The notes: a model not told the origin generated them from the sequence alone. Shown: positions 14,992 to 28,487, numbered from the stretch's first letter. The stretch: DNA of 64,000 nt from Eledone cirrhosa (GCA_964016885.1 OZ024751.1:25296001-25360000); one strand, 5' to 3'. Made by a program: numbers and translations.

Positions 14992-15199
14992 ACGTAAGAA
15001 ACATATCTATTGACAACTAAATCTCAGTTGGTCTTCCCGTACACTATCGCTTCTCATATCTAGAGGTTGTGACCTCCCCCGGAATGGTTAGGCTAATTGG
15101 ATTGCTTTCCTTACCTATTTCTCCCTCATCAGGGGAGAGAAACGTAACACCACACACTACACTTGGAACGAAAGTCTACACCTCCTGTTTGTGTCTAGA

Positions 15200-15225
15200 G
15201 TAGCAGCAGCAGCAGTGGCAGCAGC

Positions 15226-15296
<71 letters not shown>

Positions 15297-15308
15297 CAGC
15301 AGCAGTGA

Positions 15309-15354
<46 letters not shown>

Positions 15355-15670
15355 AGTAGTAGTAGTAGTAGTGGTAGTAGTAGTAGTAGTTATTAATTAG
15401 TGTGAAATTATAATAAACTGAAGGATACAAACCAGACATAAAACATTTTTGTTCTTAAGTAATGAAAATATTTGTTGTTGTTGTTGCTGTCGTTGTCGGT
15501 GTTACTGTTCTTTGTTGTTGTTGTTGTTGTTGTTGTTGTCACTGTTGTTATTGCTGCTGTCGTTGTCGGTGTTACTGTTCTTTGCTGTTGTTGTTGTTGT
15601 TGTTGTTGCTGTTGTCACTGTTGTTATTGCTGCTGTAGTCGTCGTTGTTACCGTTCTTTGTTGTTGTTTA
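15200..15670. repeat. (GTA)n and (GTT)n microsatellites
   Basis: Direct inspection. Confidence 0.95.
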
Positions 15671-15769
15671 GCTCCGAAGTTAGGCTCGATCATGATGTCT
15701 TACTTCAATTGTATTCCCGCCATGACCACACACCGCTTTTTTTGCAAATATCCATGACTACATTGTTTA

Positions 15770-16030
15770 ATGTGGCCTAGTAGTAAGTGTGTTAAACTTA
15801 TGATCATAATGTCATGGGGTCGATTCCTGGACTGGGTTGTGTGTTGTGTTCTTAAACGAAACACTTCATTGTCCAGCTGAAAATAAGTAGCAACAGTAGC
15901 TGGAGGTTTAATAATGCGAGAGACTGACATCCTGTCTAGAGGCGAGAGAGTCTTATATTCTCGGTCGCTTAACGCCATTGAAACCGGGATAAATACCGGC
16001 CTGAGGAGCTTCTAGGCTCGAGACAGACTT
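15770..16030 (+). mobile_element. tRNA-derived SINE family 2
   Basis: TGGCCTAGTAGTAAG, GGTCGATTCC, and a 3' part GCCATTGAAACCGGGATAA shared with the 7153 copy. Confidence 0.7.
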
Positions 16031-16414
16031 CAGACCTTAGATTACCTAATGCATCCTTCACTCTCTCTTTAGACGATACATTGAATGTTTAGGGAAGATG
16101 TCGTGTTTTTAACTCCGAAACGGCCATTATGAATTTATAAATTTACGGGGTCGATAAAATAAAGTACCAGTAATGTACTGGGATAATTGCTGGCCTTGTG
16201 CCAAAAGTAAAAACAATTATGAATTTATAAATAATCACAAAAGCTTGGGGGGGGGGGGTGAAGACACATGCGAATCAAGGAATACTTTTCTGCTGCACAT
16301 CCCTAGTAAACAAATAAATGATAAAACCTGCTCCTCTACATTGTTAGTAACAAAAGACAACGTGAAATTTACATCGTTACATACCTTGTAATCAAATTCC
16401 TTGTAGAGTTTGTT

Positions 16415-16895
16415 ACTCTACATCCCTAGTAATCAAAGACGCATTTTGCAACAGTTCTACATCCCTAGTAACCTGCTATTCTACATCTATAGCAACCAAA
16501 CTGATTGTAAAGTCTACCATTGTTCTACATCCCTAGCAACCAAATACATTATAACGTTTACCGTTGTGCTATGTCCCTAGCAACCAAATACATTTTAACA
16601 TTTACAGTTGTTCTACATTCCTAGCAACCAAAGACATTATAACGTTTACCGTTGTCTACATCGCTAGCAACCAAAGATATTAGAACGTTTGCCGTTATTC
16701 TACATCCCTAGCAACCAAAGATATTATAACGTTTACCGTTGTCTACATCCCTAGCAACCAAAGATATTATAACGTTTACCGTTGTCTACATCGTTAGCAA
16801 CCAAAGATATTATGACGTTTGCCGCTATTCTACATCGCTAGCAACCAAAGATATTATAACGTTCGCCGTTATTCTACATCCCTAGCAACCAAACC
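16415..16895. repeat. Minisatellite, unit about 41-43 bp, about 11 copies
   Basis: CTACATCCCTAGCAACCAAAGATATTATAACGTTTACCGTTGT repeated head to tail. Confidence 0.9.
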
Positions 16896-16979
16896 AAATG
16901 TCAAAATAGCTAAACTTGGAAGTCCCTCCTCAAAAAGCAGACTTTTTTCATTTGTCTGTTAACAAGAATTATAATATTT

Positions 16980-17490
16980 ATTGTTGTTGTTACTGCTGTT
17001 GTCGCTGTTGTTGTTGTTGTTGTTACTGTTGTTGTCGCTGTTGTTGTTCCTGTCGTTGTAGCTATTGGTCTTGTTGCTGTTCTTTATGTCTCTTTTATTG
17101 TTTATGCTTCTTGTTCTTGCTGTCATTGTTGAAGTTATCGTTTCTAATGTTATTGTTGTTGTTGCTGTTACTGCTGCTGTTGTTGTTGTTGTTGTTACTG
17201 TTGTTGTTGTTGTTGTTACTGTTGTTGTTGTTGTTGTTGTTACTGCTGTTGTTGTTGTTGTTGTTACTGCTGTTGTTGCTGTTGTTGCTGTTGTTGTTGC
17301 TGTTACTGCTGTTGTTGTTGTTGTTACTGCTGTTGTTGTTGTTGCTGTTGTTGTTGCTGTTACTGCTGTTGTTGTTGTTGTTACTGCTGTTGTTGATGTT
17401 GTTGTTGTTACTGCTGTTACTACTGTTGTAGTTGTTGTTATTGTTGTATTTGTTGTTGCTGTTGTAGTTGTAGTTGTTGTTGTTGTTGTC
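16980..17490. repeat. (GTT)n microsatellite
   Basis: Direct inspection. Confidence 0.95.
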
Positions 17491-17619
17491 TACCTAACAA
17501 GAGGAAATATTAAAATCCAATCAGACATTGAGAAAAAAAGGTTGCTGAATATTTTTACATTTAAACATAGTTAAATTTCTTATCAGAAACAGTGTTTCTT
17601 TTACATACTTGAAACTGTT

Positions 17620-18650
17620 AGTATTCCCACCAAGCAGATGCGACTGCGCATTGCAGCGATCCAGCTTCTGAAGACGGGGTCGAAGCCAGCTGCTTTGAGA
17701 ACAGCCACCAGGTACCGATGGCTGAAACTATCGAATGCTTTCGTTTGATCTAAATTGATCAGAGCCCTACCGAAGCCAGGTTTACACCCTACCCTCTCTA
17801 TAGTGTATTGCATGGCATGGGGTGGAGGTTGTCGTGTATGGACCTAGTCGGGATTGCGCAAGTTTGCGCCTCCGTAACCAAATCTTCGACGGCAAGCGCC
17901 AACCTCTTCGCTAACACCTTGGGCAAAATCTTTAACTCTGTGTTGAGCAGAGTTATGGCCCTGAAATTATCTAATGTGTCCTTCTTGTTTTCGTTTTTCA
18001 TTATCAGAGTCACTACTGGCAATGCTCCCGATCTGCTGCCAGTTGCAATAGAGCGCCTCGAAGAGATCGGAGAACAAGTCTGTCATTTTTACGTAAAGCT
18101 CGTAGGGCAGACCATCGAAACCGGGTGACTTGCACCTCGTACAGCCGACAAGGCATCAGGAATTTCGGCTGAAGTTATCGGCTTTTCGAGGCGCTCAACG
18201 TCAGCCGTCGAGGCAGAAACTTAAATCCGCTACCATCTCTGACCCGCCACTTATCCCGAACAACCGAGCAAAATGCTGGCGAGAGGCCTCACACATCCGC
18301 CTGGAATCGTTCAGCTTGTGTCTATCTCCGTCCGTCAAAGACTGAATTGTAGTTTTATTATCACGCTGCGCCTCCACCACGCGGGTCCATCGAACAGCCT
18401 TGGTTCCCTCGTTTCTCAGAGCACGCGCCTTAGCTCTGACAATGCAACCTTCGTGTTTCGCATTGAAGAAATGGTCTAATGCCATTCTCGCCGCAAGCAC
18501 GTCCGTTGCAATGCCACTACAAATAGCCTCGTCTAACTTATCTTCCAACTCCCCCTCCTTTCTATTTTTCTCTAACGCTACTTCTTTGCTAAACTCTATC
18601 GACATTACCCTAATCTCTCTTTTGAGAGCCCCCACCATCTATTGTTGACG
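17620..18650 (-). mobile_element. Tx1/L1-clade LINE ORF2 fragment, degraded
   Basis: KSPGFDGLPYELY, NFRAITLLNTELKIL.KVLAKRL, QTCAIPTRSIHDNL and LINLDQTKAFD, spread over several frames. Confidence 0.9.
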
Positions 18651-18923
18651 ACTTCTCCTCTCATTACAAATATCCTTTCTTGAGGGTTATCGGGCGTTGG
18701 CTAAGACTTAAGACATATCGTAGAAACTATTGGATAGTCATAGTACAAGCAGAAAAATAAATCCTGAAGAAAAACTCAGGAAAGCAGACGATTGTTTTAT
18801 GTCTAAATTTTTTTCTTTTAGTTTTATATGTCTCTGCGTGTCATTGGTAATCACTAAAGAATGCTCTCCGTATCTCAGTATGATAAATGTGTATATATTA
18901 CATTGATGTGTATACCTACCAAT

Positions 18924-19016
<93 letters not shown>

Positions 19017-19116
19017 ATATATATATGAGATAAAACGGAAAAACACTTAAAGGGCAGGGAATAAGTAGAAAATATTTGTGTACACACACACACATACACA
19101 TACACATGTGTGTGTG

Positions 19117-19147
<31 letters not shown>

Positions 19148-19184
19148 GTATATATATAAATATATCTCTGTGTGTGTATGTATG

Positions 19185-19251
<67 letters not shown>

Positions 19252-20203
19252 ATGTGTGTGTACCTATGTATGTGTGTGTGTGTGTATGTGATGTATATAT
19301 ATATATATATATATATATGTAGAGGGAGAGAGAAATGGGGAGCGTAAGAGAGTTACGTAATAAACTTGGCGACCTTAGATAGCCTTAGTTAGTTGCCATT
19401 TATAAAGCAAGTACAAATGAATACAAGTTTTATTATTTTTCTAAAGTTCACAATGGACTTTATAAAAAATAAAAAAACCAGGATAATCTGTTAACGAAAC
19501 TATGCTGTAAAGTGTTTTTTTTTAATGTTTGGGTATGTCAAATGATTTATAATCTTGGGGTTTCTTTTAAAACTGCCCACACCAAATGATTTATTAAATT
19601 AAGATAAAGCAAATTTCTTCTCCTAGAAAAAAAAAACTGTTATAACATCCTCATCATTACTTCTGTAACCCCAACATGCCCATCGCCTACATCAGTTGAC
19701 TCATCATTCTCCCACATCTCCACCACCACTAACACCAAGATGTTTATCATCACCATCGTTATCATGTTCACGAACAGCTCTATCGCCGACATCAACAGTG
19801 AAAAATAGTTATACCACGTTATTTTATTAGTAAGACGCAAAACGAAGACAAAAGAATCAGAAAAAGAAATAATACCTTTTAAAATAAGTGGAGAGAATGA
19901 ACGAGAAGAAGGGGGTCAACTTATGAACGAATGACGAGTTGGAGGCAGACAGCCAGAAAGAAAGAGAGAAAGGGAGAGGGAGAGAGAGAGAAAGAGAGAG
20001 GGAGAGGGGGTAGAAGGAGGACCTTAATCGATTCCATTGGCGTTAGCAGTAACAGAAACCAGGAAATCCGATTCCAGACGTCTCGTCACCCACTCTGAGG
20101 TCATCAGATATTTTTGGCTGGTTTTAATGAGCAATTTAGTGGCTACGAAGTAATGTTTATATATATGATTGTAGGTATAAGCACACACTCCTATCTACAT
20201 GTA

Positions 20204-20277
<74 letters not shown>

Positions 20278-20411
20278 TGTATGTATAGTATATTTGGCAA
20301 TATACTGTATGTTTAATTAAAAACATTTTGAAGACCATACGCTATCGGTTTTAAAGTAGTGACTATGTCAGCCAAACAGCGTGAAACAGACTGTTAGCTT
20401 CTCTCCCTTCT

Positions 20412-21530
20412 TTAGCCGATGTTTCTGTTGTTGAGTAGAGTAAACATGGCATCATCGCAATAAATACCACCGCCTAATGCTGGGTTAACACTCTTCAGGA
20501 TTTTGAGGATGTAAATGCCGACTAGGACTGTCATCTTGGCCGAGCCACTAGATCTCATCGTGATGTCAAAGTTGTCCGGCCATTCCTTTGTAGTCCAAAG
20601 ATCACCGTTAAAACTAATTAGTGTTTTGTTGGTAGTGTGTATTACATTGAGTTCCTCCCGGGTTAAATCCTTGTTGCTACGAGCAAACATGAGTGTCTTG
20701 TTGAGGATCACTGGTGATATTGGCTGGGTAGTAACTACATATCTCTAACTGAATAAATTTAGTCTTATATTTGTTCTGGAGGCCGTTGAATCATTCTATT
20801 ACGTCACATGTCCTGGACCATTGCAGCATTTGGATCTTTTTTCTAAGCCTTGGTATAATTCTGTCCAAGATGTCCGATTTTGATGGTACGATATGTTTGA
20901 TTAGGAACTCAGTTTCAAATTTCGGTTTGTGATCCTTCAACACAATTCGAAGCTCTCTTAGTTAACATGGATCGGTTCTATCCTCAATATTAAGGTTAAT
21001 CGCCATGCTATTTGTAAGTTTACTTCGTCTGGGTTAGCCTGCGAGGAACTCTTGTAATTTTCCGTAGTTCCTTTAGAATCAGTCTCTTATATGTCGTTGC
21101 GTCAATCTTGTAGAGGTTGCTTGTTTTATCTGCATGTACGAGAATAAATTCCGTTTGAATGTTTAAGCGTATTAATCCTATTTGATAGTTTCCTGAGATG
21201 TGGTTGTTTCTTAGATGGGTACCTATTAAAGTTTATGCCTGAGAATACGTTAGCCATTACCTTTTCAAATCCTTCCATAAGTTTGTCTGCGGTGGGCTCC
21301 TCCTAGAATTAATACCGAACCAGGGTTGAGAGAGTTTTCTTCCTTCCTAGGAGTTTGTCTATCGAAATGGAAGACTCTCCACCGCATTTTGCATATAAAT
21401 GAGTTGGTAAACACTCTTGTATACTCGCTTTTGCTGGGTAAGAGCATGTCCTTTGGGGACTCGGAGATGGTGAATGATTGGATCTTATATTCAGCTGCTT
21501 AGTCTCAAAGTGTTCAACAGTGTTGGAGCT
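20412..21530 (-). mobile_element. Penelope-like element RT pseudogene (Naiad-like)
   Basis: PSKSEY...FICKMRWRVFHF, VLKDHKPKF, PSKSDI, QW...VIE*F, FIQLEICSYYP, FDITMRSSGSA...LVGIYIL, GIYCDDA. These correspond to the PLE motifs MRWKA, LKDHK, FDVTMGSxDGAE and GLYRDD. Contains stops and frameshifts. Confidence 0.8.
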
Positions 21531-22901
21531 GTATGTGCTTAGTAAACATTTATTTATCCATGTGAGCTGGGTTAAAAACAGGAGAAACCAGGAAAAAGCT
21601 CTCTACATCCGTAGCGTGTAATATCGATTGAGATTCGGTATAAGAATAAAATAAAGAAAGATGCTGTCTTTACATGAGGCATTTATCCATTATAATTAAT
21701 ATCTGTGGCATCCCGTATGGAGTGAAGATGTAGTAGTTGCATCTGTTGCTGGGACGGTTGCGATGTCATCAAATGAATTTACGCTTATGTGATGTGCTGC
21801 AGGCAAAACGTGTTCTCGGGGATGATTCTGCGTAACACGGTCTGGCAAGGTTAGGCCTTTGAATTAAAGGCAAAATCTACTCGACGTGCCTTCAAACAGT
21901 TTTCGTCTACCCAGTATCACAAGGAGGGTTTGGGTTGATATAGAAAACGGCAGTTGCCTGAGAGGCAATGCAGTGGAATCGAAACTCGGACCTTCTTCTT
22001 CCTTTTCTTCTTCTTCTTCTTCTTCTACTTATTTCTTAGAGGGTTGTGAGGACTGAGTGTTCACGATGTATATTCTTGACCTTATGATTGCGAAGCGAAA
22101 TTATTAAACATTTGGCCAAGCTGCAACCACTTTTTCGTACGACGCTGTACCACCTTTGAGAATCGACCGTCTTCCTCACAATTACATAATAGCGATTTCT
22201 AATTTAGATACAAGGCTATAAAATTTTGGAGAAGGGCAAAGTGGTTTAAATCAATTCCAGTACTTGAGTGGTACTATACTTTATCGGCACCTGGAAGCAT
22301 AAAAGGTAAAGTTGACCTCGGTGGGATTTTAACACAGTATGCACAATTAGTGCAACGGTATTTTATTCAGTGCTCTACCTATCCTGTCAAAACACTGCTC
22401 TCAAAGTTAAATTATATTAAACTTCTATTATGTTCCAGTTATCACGCTACTTATCTTCTACAAGTGCTGTTGTTTTAAAACAAAACAAATATACAAAATA
22501 TTTTTTTGGTAATCACTGACACTCGTTTCCGCAAAATTTAAAAAAAACGACTTTAGGGTGTAATGTTATTGTTAGGTCGAAGAATACACAATGGTAATTT
22601 AAGAATTAGAGACTAATGTAAAATAAAATAAAATAAAATAAAATAAAATAAAATAAAATAAAATAAAATTGATATAAAATGAGCGAATTATAAAAAGACA
22701 GCCTGAAAGATAAAAATGTCCATATATACATACATTTCCATATATATATATATATATACGTGGGAAAGTGAAAAATCGGAGAATAGACCGTTAAAACATG
22801 TTTATTTAAAATATCACCTACGTACGTTTGGCATACGCTACTTGGCAAATAACTATATGTATCACCTATCCCTCCTTTTGCTCTCTTTCTCGATACGTAA
22901 A

Positions 22902-22950
<49 letters not shown>

Positions 22951-22995
22951 TGTATATATATATATATACATATATATATACACACACACACACAC

Positions 22996-23064
<69 letters not shown>

Positions 23065-23097
23065 CATATATTTATATACACACACACATACACACAC

Positions 23098-23134
<37 letters not shown>

Positions 23135-23714
23135 ATTTCCGAAGAAAAAGCAAAGGAAAAGAGAGTGCTCTATGTATAAAACAGAGCTATTTAATCAGAA
23201 AGTGAACAACAATATTAACACACGTCTAGTTCGTTCATCAGATAGAGGCGTTGTGAAATATTTGAAAATACGAAATAAGATTTCAAATCTATTAAAATTG
23301 AAAGTGAGGCTGGAAAATTAACGAAAAATATACATAAAAAAGAAAATATATAAAAAATGATTATATAAAATTTATATAGAAAATTATAAAATTATAAAAA
23401 AATTATAAAAAAATTAGGAAGCACATGTGTACATACATACACATATACACGCATTCAGATATAAGTAAAAGTGTATATGTATATATATATAACACCCGTA
23501 TCTGTAAGAACCCGCAGAAGTAGAATCAGCCAGATCCATACAAGGACCATGACTCGAGCTACATGCCGGCGAAACATTTGTAACACGAAATAAACTAAGT
23601 CCAGATGCATCACTGATTTTTCGTTTTCTTGATAATATTTACACTCCACTCTGATGAATATTGAGTGCTAATTTTGGCATACCGCCTACGGAAGTACCTT
23701 AGCTACCACTATAC

Positions 23715-23792
<78 letters not shown>

Positions 23793-24284
23793 GTGTTGCG
23801 TGTACTTATGTGAGGGTATTTATTTTCTGTGTGTGTACGTGCACCTGTGTGTATACATACAGGTGTGTCTCTGTATGTGTATGTATGTAATTGTGTGTTA
23901 TACCTGTGTGTACTTATAAGTATACAAAGGTTTTTTCATATATTTGTGCCCTATGATAATGTAAGCGTTGTCTGTAAATTTTAATTATTGCAATTTTATA
24001 CATAACTTTTCCGTAATTGTGTAATTACATATTTTTTATATGTATGTGTGTATGTATGTGTATGTGTGTGTGTATATATATGTATGTATATATATATACA
24101 CACACACATCCATACACACATACATATGAAAAAATAAGTAATTACATAATTATGGAAAAGTTATGTATAAAATTGCAATAATTAAAATTTACAGTCAACG
24201 CTTAAATTATCATAGGGCACAAATATATGAAGAAAAAAAATGTGCATACTTATAAATACACACAAGAATAACACACAATTACAG

Positions 24285-24320
<36 letters not shown>

Positions 24321-24511
24321 TACACAAAGAGAAGTGTGTTACACAGTGAGAAGTGTGTAATGAATTATTACAAGTAAGTTTACCGTTACTGTATAGGGAA
24401 CAATATCTTCTTTGAGCTAATACTATTATTATTATTACAGTGAACTGTGGAATACTCTTAATTCCGATCTTTGTATATATACATATATTTTTTTTAATAT
24501 ATATAATATAT

Positions 24512-24576
<65 letters not shown>

Positions 24577-24754
24577 ACTTTAATTAATACTCTCTTTATT
24601 ATACTTCTCAATATTTTATTATCTTTTCATTGTAATATCATTTTGTTCTTCTTGCTCTTCAATATATTGTTACTGACACTATTAATTATAATGTATCTTA
24701 ATGAATGTTCTAAGGATTGATTAGGGATTTATTTATTTGTGTTATCATTGTGTA

Positions 24755-24801
24755 TGCTCCGATGATACCAGACATTTGTCTGGAAGAAACGATCGTCAGC
24801 A
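24755..24801 (+). ncRNA. Type I hammerhead ribozyme motif, variant core
   Basis: TGCT CCGATGA TACCAGAC-ATTT-GTCTGGAA GAAA CGATC GTC| AGCA, with a U4-to-C change in the core. Confidence 0.7.
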
Positions 24802-24839
24802 GTTAAATGCATTAAACAAAAAATTGATGATTTTATGCG

Positions 24840-24918
<79 letters not shown>

Positions 24919-24984
24919 TATATCCCAAGGCTCTGCCACCATCAACACTATAAACACAGAGCTGGCATTTCTAAGAACTGACTA

Positions 24985-25040
24985 ACTGCCTGATGAGGTC
25001 ATAGCCATTCAATGGCTATCATCGAAATATATATAGCAGT
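24985..25040 (+). ncRNA. Type I hammerhead ribozyme motif (family C)
   Basis: ACTGC CTGATGA GGTCATAGCC-ATTCAAT-GGCTATCATC GAAA TATAT ATA| GCAGT. Stem II covaries with the 13492 copy (CAGCC/GGCTG vs TAGCC/GGCTA). A copy at 40900-40950 lacks the 3' strand of stem I. Confidence 0.9.
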
Positions 25041-25085
25041 AAATAAAGGATTATGAGTTCATGCAATTGACTTATGTTTCGTCAC

Positions 25086-25143
<58 letters not shown>

Positions 25144-25153
25144 TGTGTGTGAG

Positions 25154-25190
<37 letters not shown>

Positions 25191-25398
25191 TGTGTCTGTA
25201 TGTATATATATATATATATATATATAGGAACGAGTAGGACCCCGACGGCTGAGCTCAAGCCGTTACGACGGTTAATTCTGTCCAGAATTAGCCGTCGAAA
25301 CGGCTTGAGCTCAGCCGTCGGGGTCCTACTCTACTACCCTAAGTAATGAGTACTTTGGTGCGTTATGGTCCACCTGGTTTCTTACCACATTTCCTTCG

Positions 25399-25462
<64 letters not shown>

Positions 25463-26068
25463 GAATGTATGTATATGTGTATTATCTAAGTGTTTCTATA
25501 AAATGACATGTCAGTACGCATGCGGAAGTGGGTTTAGAAAGATGCATGTGTTGTGTTGTGGTGGCGTATATGTGCGTGGATTTTATTGTGTGCACCAAAA
25601 GAATGGAAAACAGTTAAAATACGTCAAAAAGATAGAGTGTGTGTGTGAATGGGCGTATTAGTGCACACACACACACACATGCATATATATGCATGTGTGT
25701 GCACATGCTTCATACGGTCACGTATAAGCATTATTATAACGATGTGTCTTTAAAATTAAGTCGTAGGGAAGAAGGATGTATCTAAGAGACTAGGCGTGTA
25801 CATAAGCACATCTGTGATGACTTGCCTATTTAATTAGACCAAATGTTCTGTGATAATTATATGCATCATATAAAAACATTACTCTCTTGTATAGGTGTTC
25901 TAAATATTTCTCTATATATTTCACATTTCATACAATGATATTAAAGTATTATAACAACATCGAAGTGAAATTTGGGCGGTGGACACAACAGATACACAAA
26001 CTCTCTCTCTTTCTCTCTCCCCTTTTCTCACTCTCTATCTTTCTATATATAAATATATATATATATAT

Positions 26069-27152
26069 ATTGTTATGCTTTGGGAGGGTCATGTTGCCAA
26101 TAAGAAACACACGCACCAGTTGCTTTCACACCAATTTATTATAAATTAAGTTTATAAATTTAAGAATTTATAAATTTCCGGTTGGTTGGTTGGTTGGTTC
26201 CACAACCGGACGGTTGTTCCTATATTGTCAAAGTTCTTTCGTCACACATTCTGTGACCTCTTCAGTGACTGGGGACTCTTTTCTTTGTTTTTGTGCCTCT
26301 CCTTTGTTCTGTCCTACGCCATCTTGTTTTTGTGTGTGTTGTGTGCTTAGTTTGCGCATGTGTTACATCCGGGTGTCTGTGTGTGTTTATATTTGTTTAT
26401 TTATTTGTTTATTTACATGTTATTGGTTGTTTGTTTGTTCTATGTGTGTGTGTGTTTTCATTTTGTCCTTAATTGTAAGTTGTGATGTTGCTATTCCATT
26501 CATGTTTTCTATTTAATTTTGGTTGGAGTTCATTTATGTTTATTGCCTCTGTGATTTGTCTAAACATTGCGTCTTTTCTGTTCTCTAATTTACCCTTATG
26601 TTCTATTTTAGCAAATCACAGAGGCAATAAACATAAATGAACTCCAATTAAATTAAATAGAAAACATGAATGGAATAGCAACATCACAACTTACAATTAA
26701 GGACAAAATGTAAACACACACACACATAGAACAAACAACCAACCAGTATCATTTAAATAAACAAATAAATAAACAAATATAAACACACACAGACACCCGG
26801 ATGTAACACATGCGCAAACTAAGCACACAACACACACAAAAACGAGATGGCATAGGACAGAACAAAGGAGGGGCACAAAAACAAAGAAAAGAATCCCCAG
26901 TCACTGAAGAGGTCACAGAATGTGTGACGAAAGAACTTTGACAATATATGAACAACCGTCCGGTTGTGGAACCAACCAACCAACTGGAAATTTATAAATT
27001 CTTAAATTTATAAATTTAATTTATAATAAATTGGAGTGAAAGCAGCTGGTGCGTGTGTTTCTTATTGGCAACATGACCCTCCCAAAGTATAACAATATCG
27101 GTTTCAACACACGATTTCAGATAAAGAATCTTGCTAAACAAATTCAGAAACG
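26069..27152 (+). mobile_element. Large PLE-like fold-back insert in (TA)n, family B
   Basis: Inverted arms of about 490 bp (26069-26559 and 26612-27095), a hammerhead in each arm, and the same tail as the 5951 copy. Confidence 0.85.
26900..26942 (+). ncRNA. Atypical type I hammerhead ribozyme motif (family B), mirrored at 26227-26269 on minus
   Basis: GTCA CTGAAGA G GTCACA-GAATG-TGTGAC GAAA GAAC TT| TGAC. Related copies at about 12556-12598, 29725-29765 and 30503-30543 (minus). Confidence 0.7.
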
Positions 27153-27176
27153 ATATATATATATATATATATATAA

Positions 27177-27547
27177 ATATATCACAGAAAAAAGAGAATG
27201 AGTGTTGCGACGAATGGAATTTATTGGACATATTACAATCGTTTCTCTGGCGACCAATTCAAGGCACGATCGATGTGATGATCGAACCTGACTCTGAAAA
27301 TGGCAAGGTCCTCAGATACGTATCTGACGTATCTGAGGACCTTGCGATTTTCAGGGTCAGGTTCGATCGTCACATAGATCGTGCCTGGAGTTGGTCGCCA
27401 GACAAACGATTGTAATATGCCCAATAAATTCCATTCGTCGCAAAACTGATTCTCTTTTTTTCTGTGATATCATACTCTGCTCTATGAGAGCATCGAGTGC
27501 TCAAACGGCCTACCTCAATCGGACGCTTTAAGCATCCAACACCAATT
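27177..27547 (+). mobile_element. PLE-like fold-back insert in (TA)n, family G
   Basis: Arms 27178-27321 and 27327-27470, plus a tail of about 77 nt. Confidence 0.8.
27229..27320 (-). ncRNA. Type I hammerhead ribozyme motif with long stem II (family G)
   Basis: Minus strand: CGTAT CTGAGGA [63-nt imperfect hairpin] GAAA CGATT GTA| ATATG. The plus-strand mirror at 27328-27419 has GAAA mutated to CAAA. Confidence 0.65.
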
Positions 27548-27867
27548 ATATATATATATAAAAGGAAATCACAAACAATGACAGGTCTCCTCTTCAATTG
27601 TCTGCAAGAGGTCCCGGATATTTCAACTCATTAAAGACATGTCTATCCCCAGTGCGTAATAACTTTTATAAGTTATTAGGGAAGGAAAAAAGGAGAGAGA
27701 AAAATATAAAACAGGAGGTGTTCTCCTGTGTCCGCCGTACTTGTGTATTTAAGGTGTGGTATTTATTGGTACAACTACTTCTAAGATAATTGCTGAATTG
27801 GAAATATTAATTAAGGAACTGCAACTCAGCACACCCTATACAGAACAAAACGCCTTCTTGCACACAG

Positions 27868-27943
<76 letters not shown>

Positions 27944-28304
27944 CGCACACACACATATATATATGTGTCTGTTTGAGTGTGTCTGTGAGTGTGCGTGCGT
28001 GTGAGGGTGTGTGTATATACGTTGCACACATAAGATCTTGTCAGCCATTCACCTATTAGTCGCTGTTAAGTGCTGGCGTTATCTCACTGCAATCACCTCT
28101 CCTCCACACCAGCAAATTTAAGGGGAGAATGGTTGAGAGGAAACTCTAGATATATACAGTGAGGAATTAATGTAAGCTACAGTGAGCAGTGAAGGACCAG
28201 AACCAGAGAGACATAGCTACAGTTTATATGGGCAGGTGAGTTTTATCTTATATTTTCTAAATCATTCTTATATAGACATTAATGCATCATTATATATATG
28301 TATG

Positions 28305-28396
<92 letters not shown>

Positions 28397-28445
28397 TACA
28401 TATATATATATGTATACATATATATGAAAATATGGGTGAGATATA

Positions 28446-28487
<42 letters not shown>

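Noticed and set aside
16415-16895. CRISPR-like array
   Set aside because: The intervening parts are similar to each other rather than unique spacers, the context is eukaryotic, and there are no cas genes.
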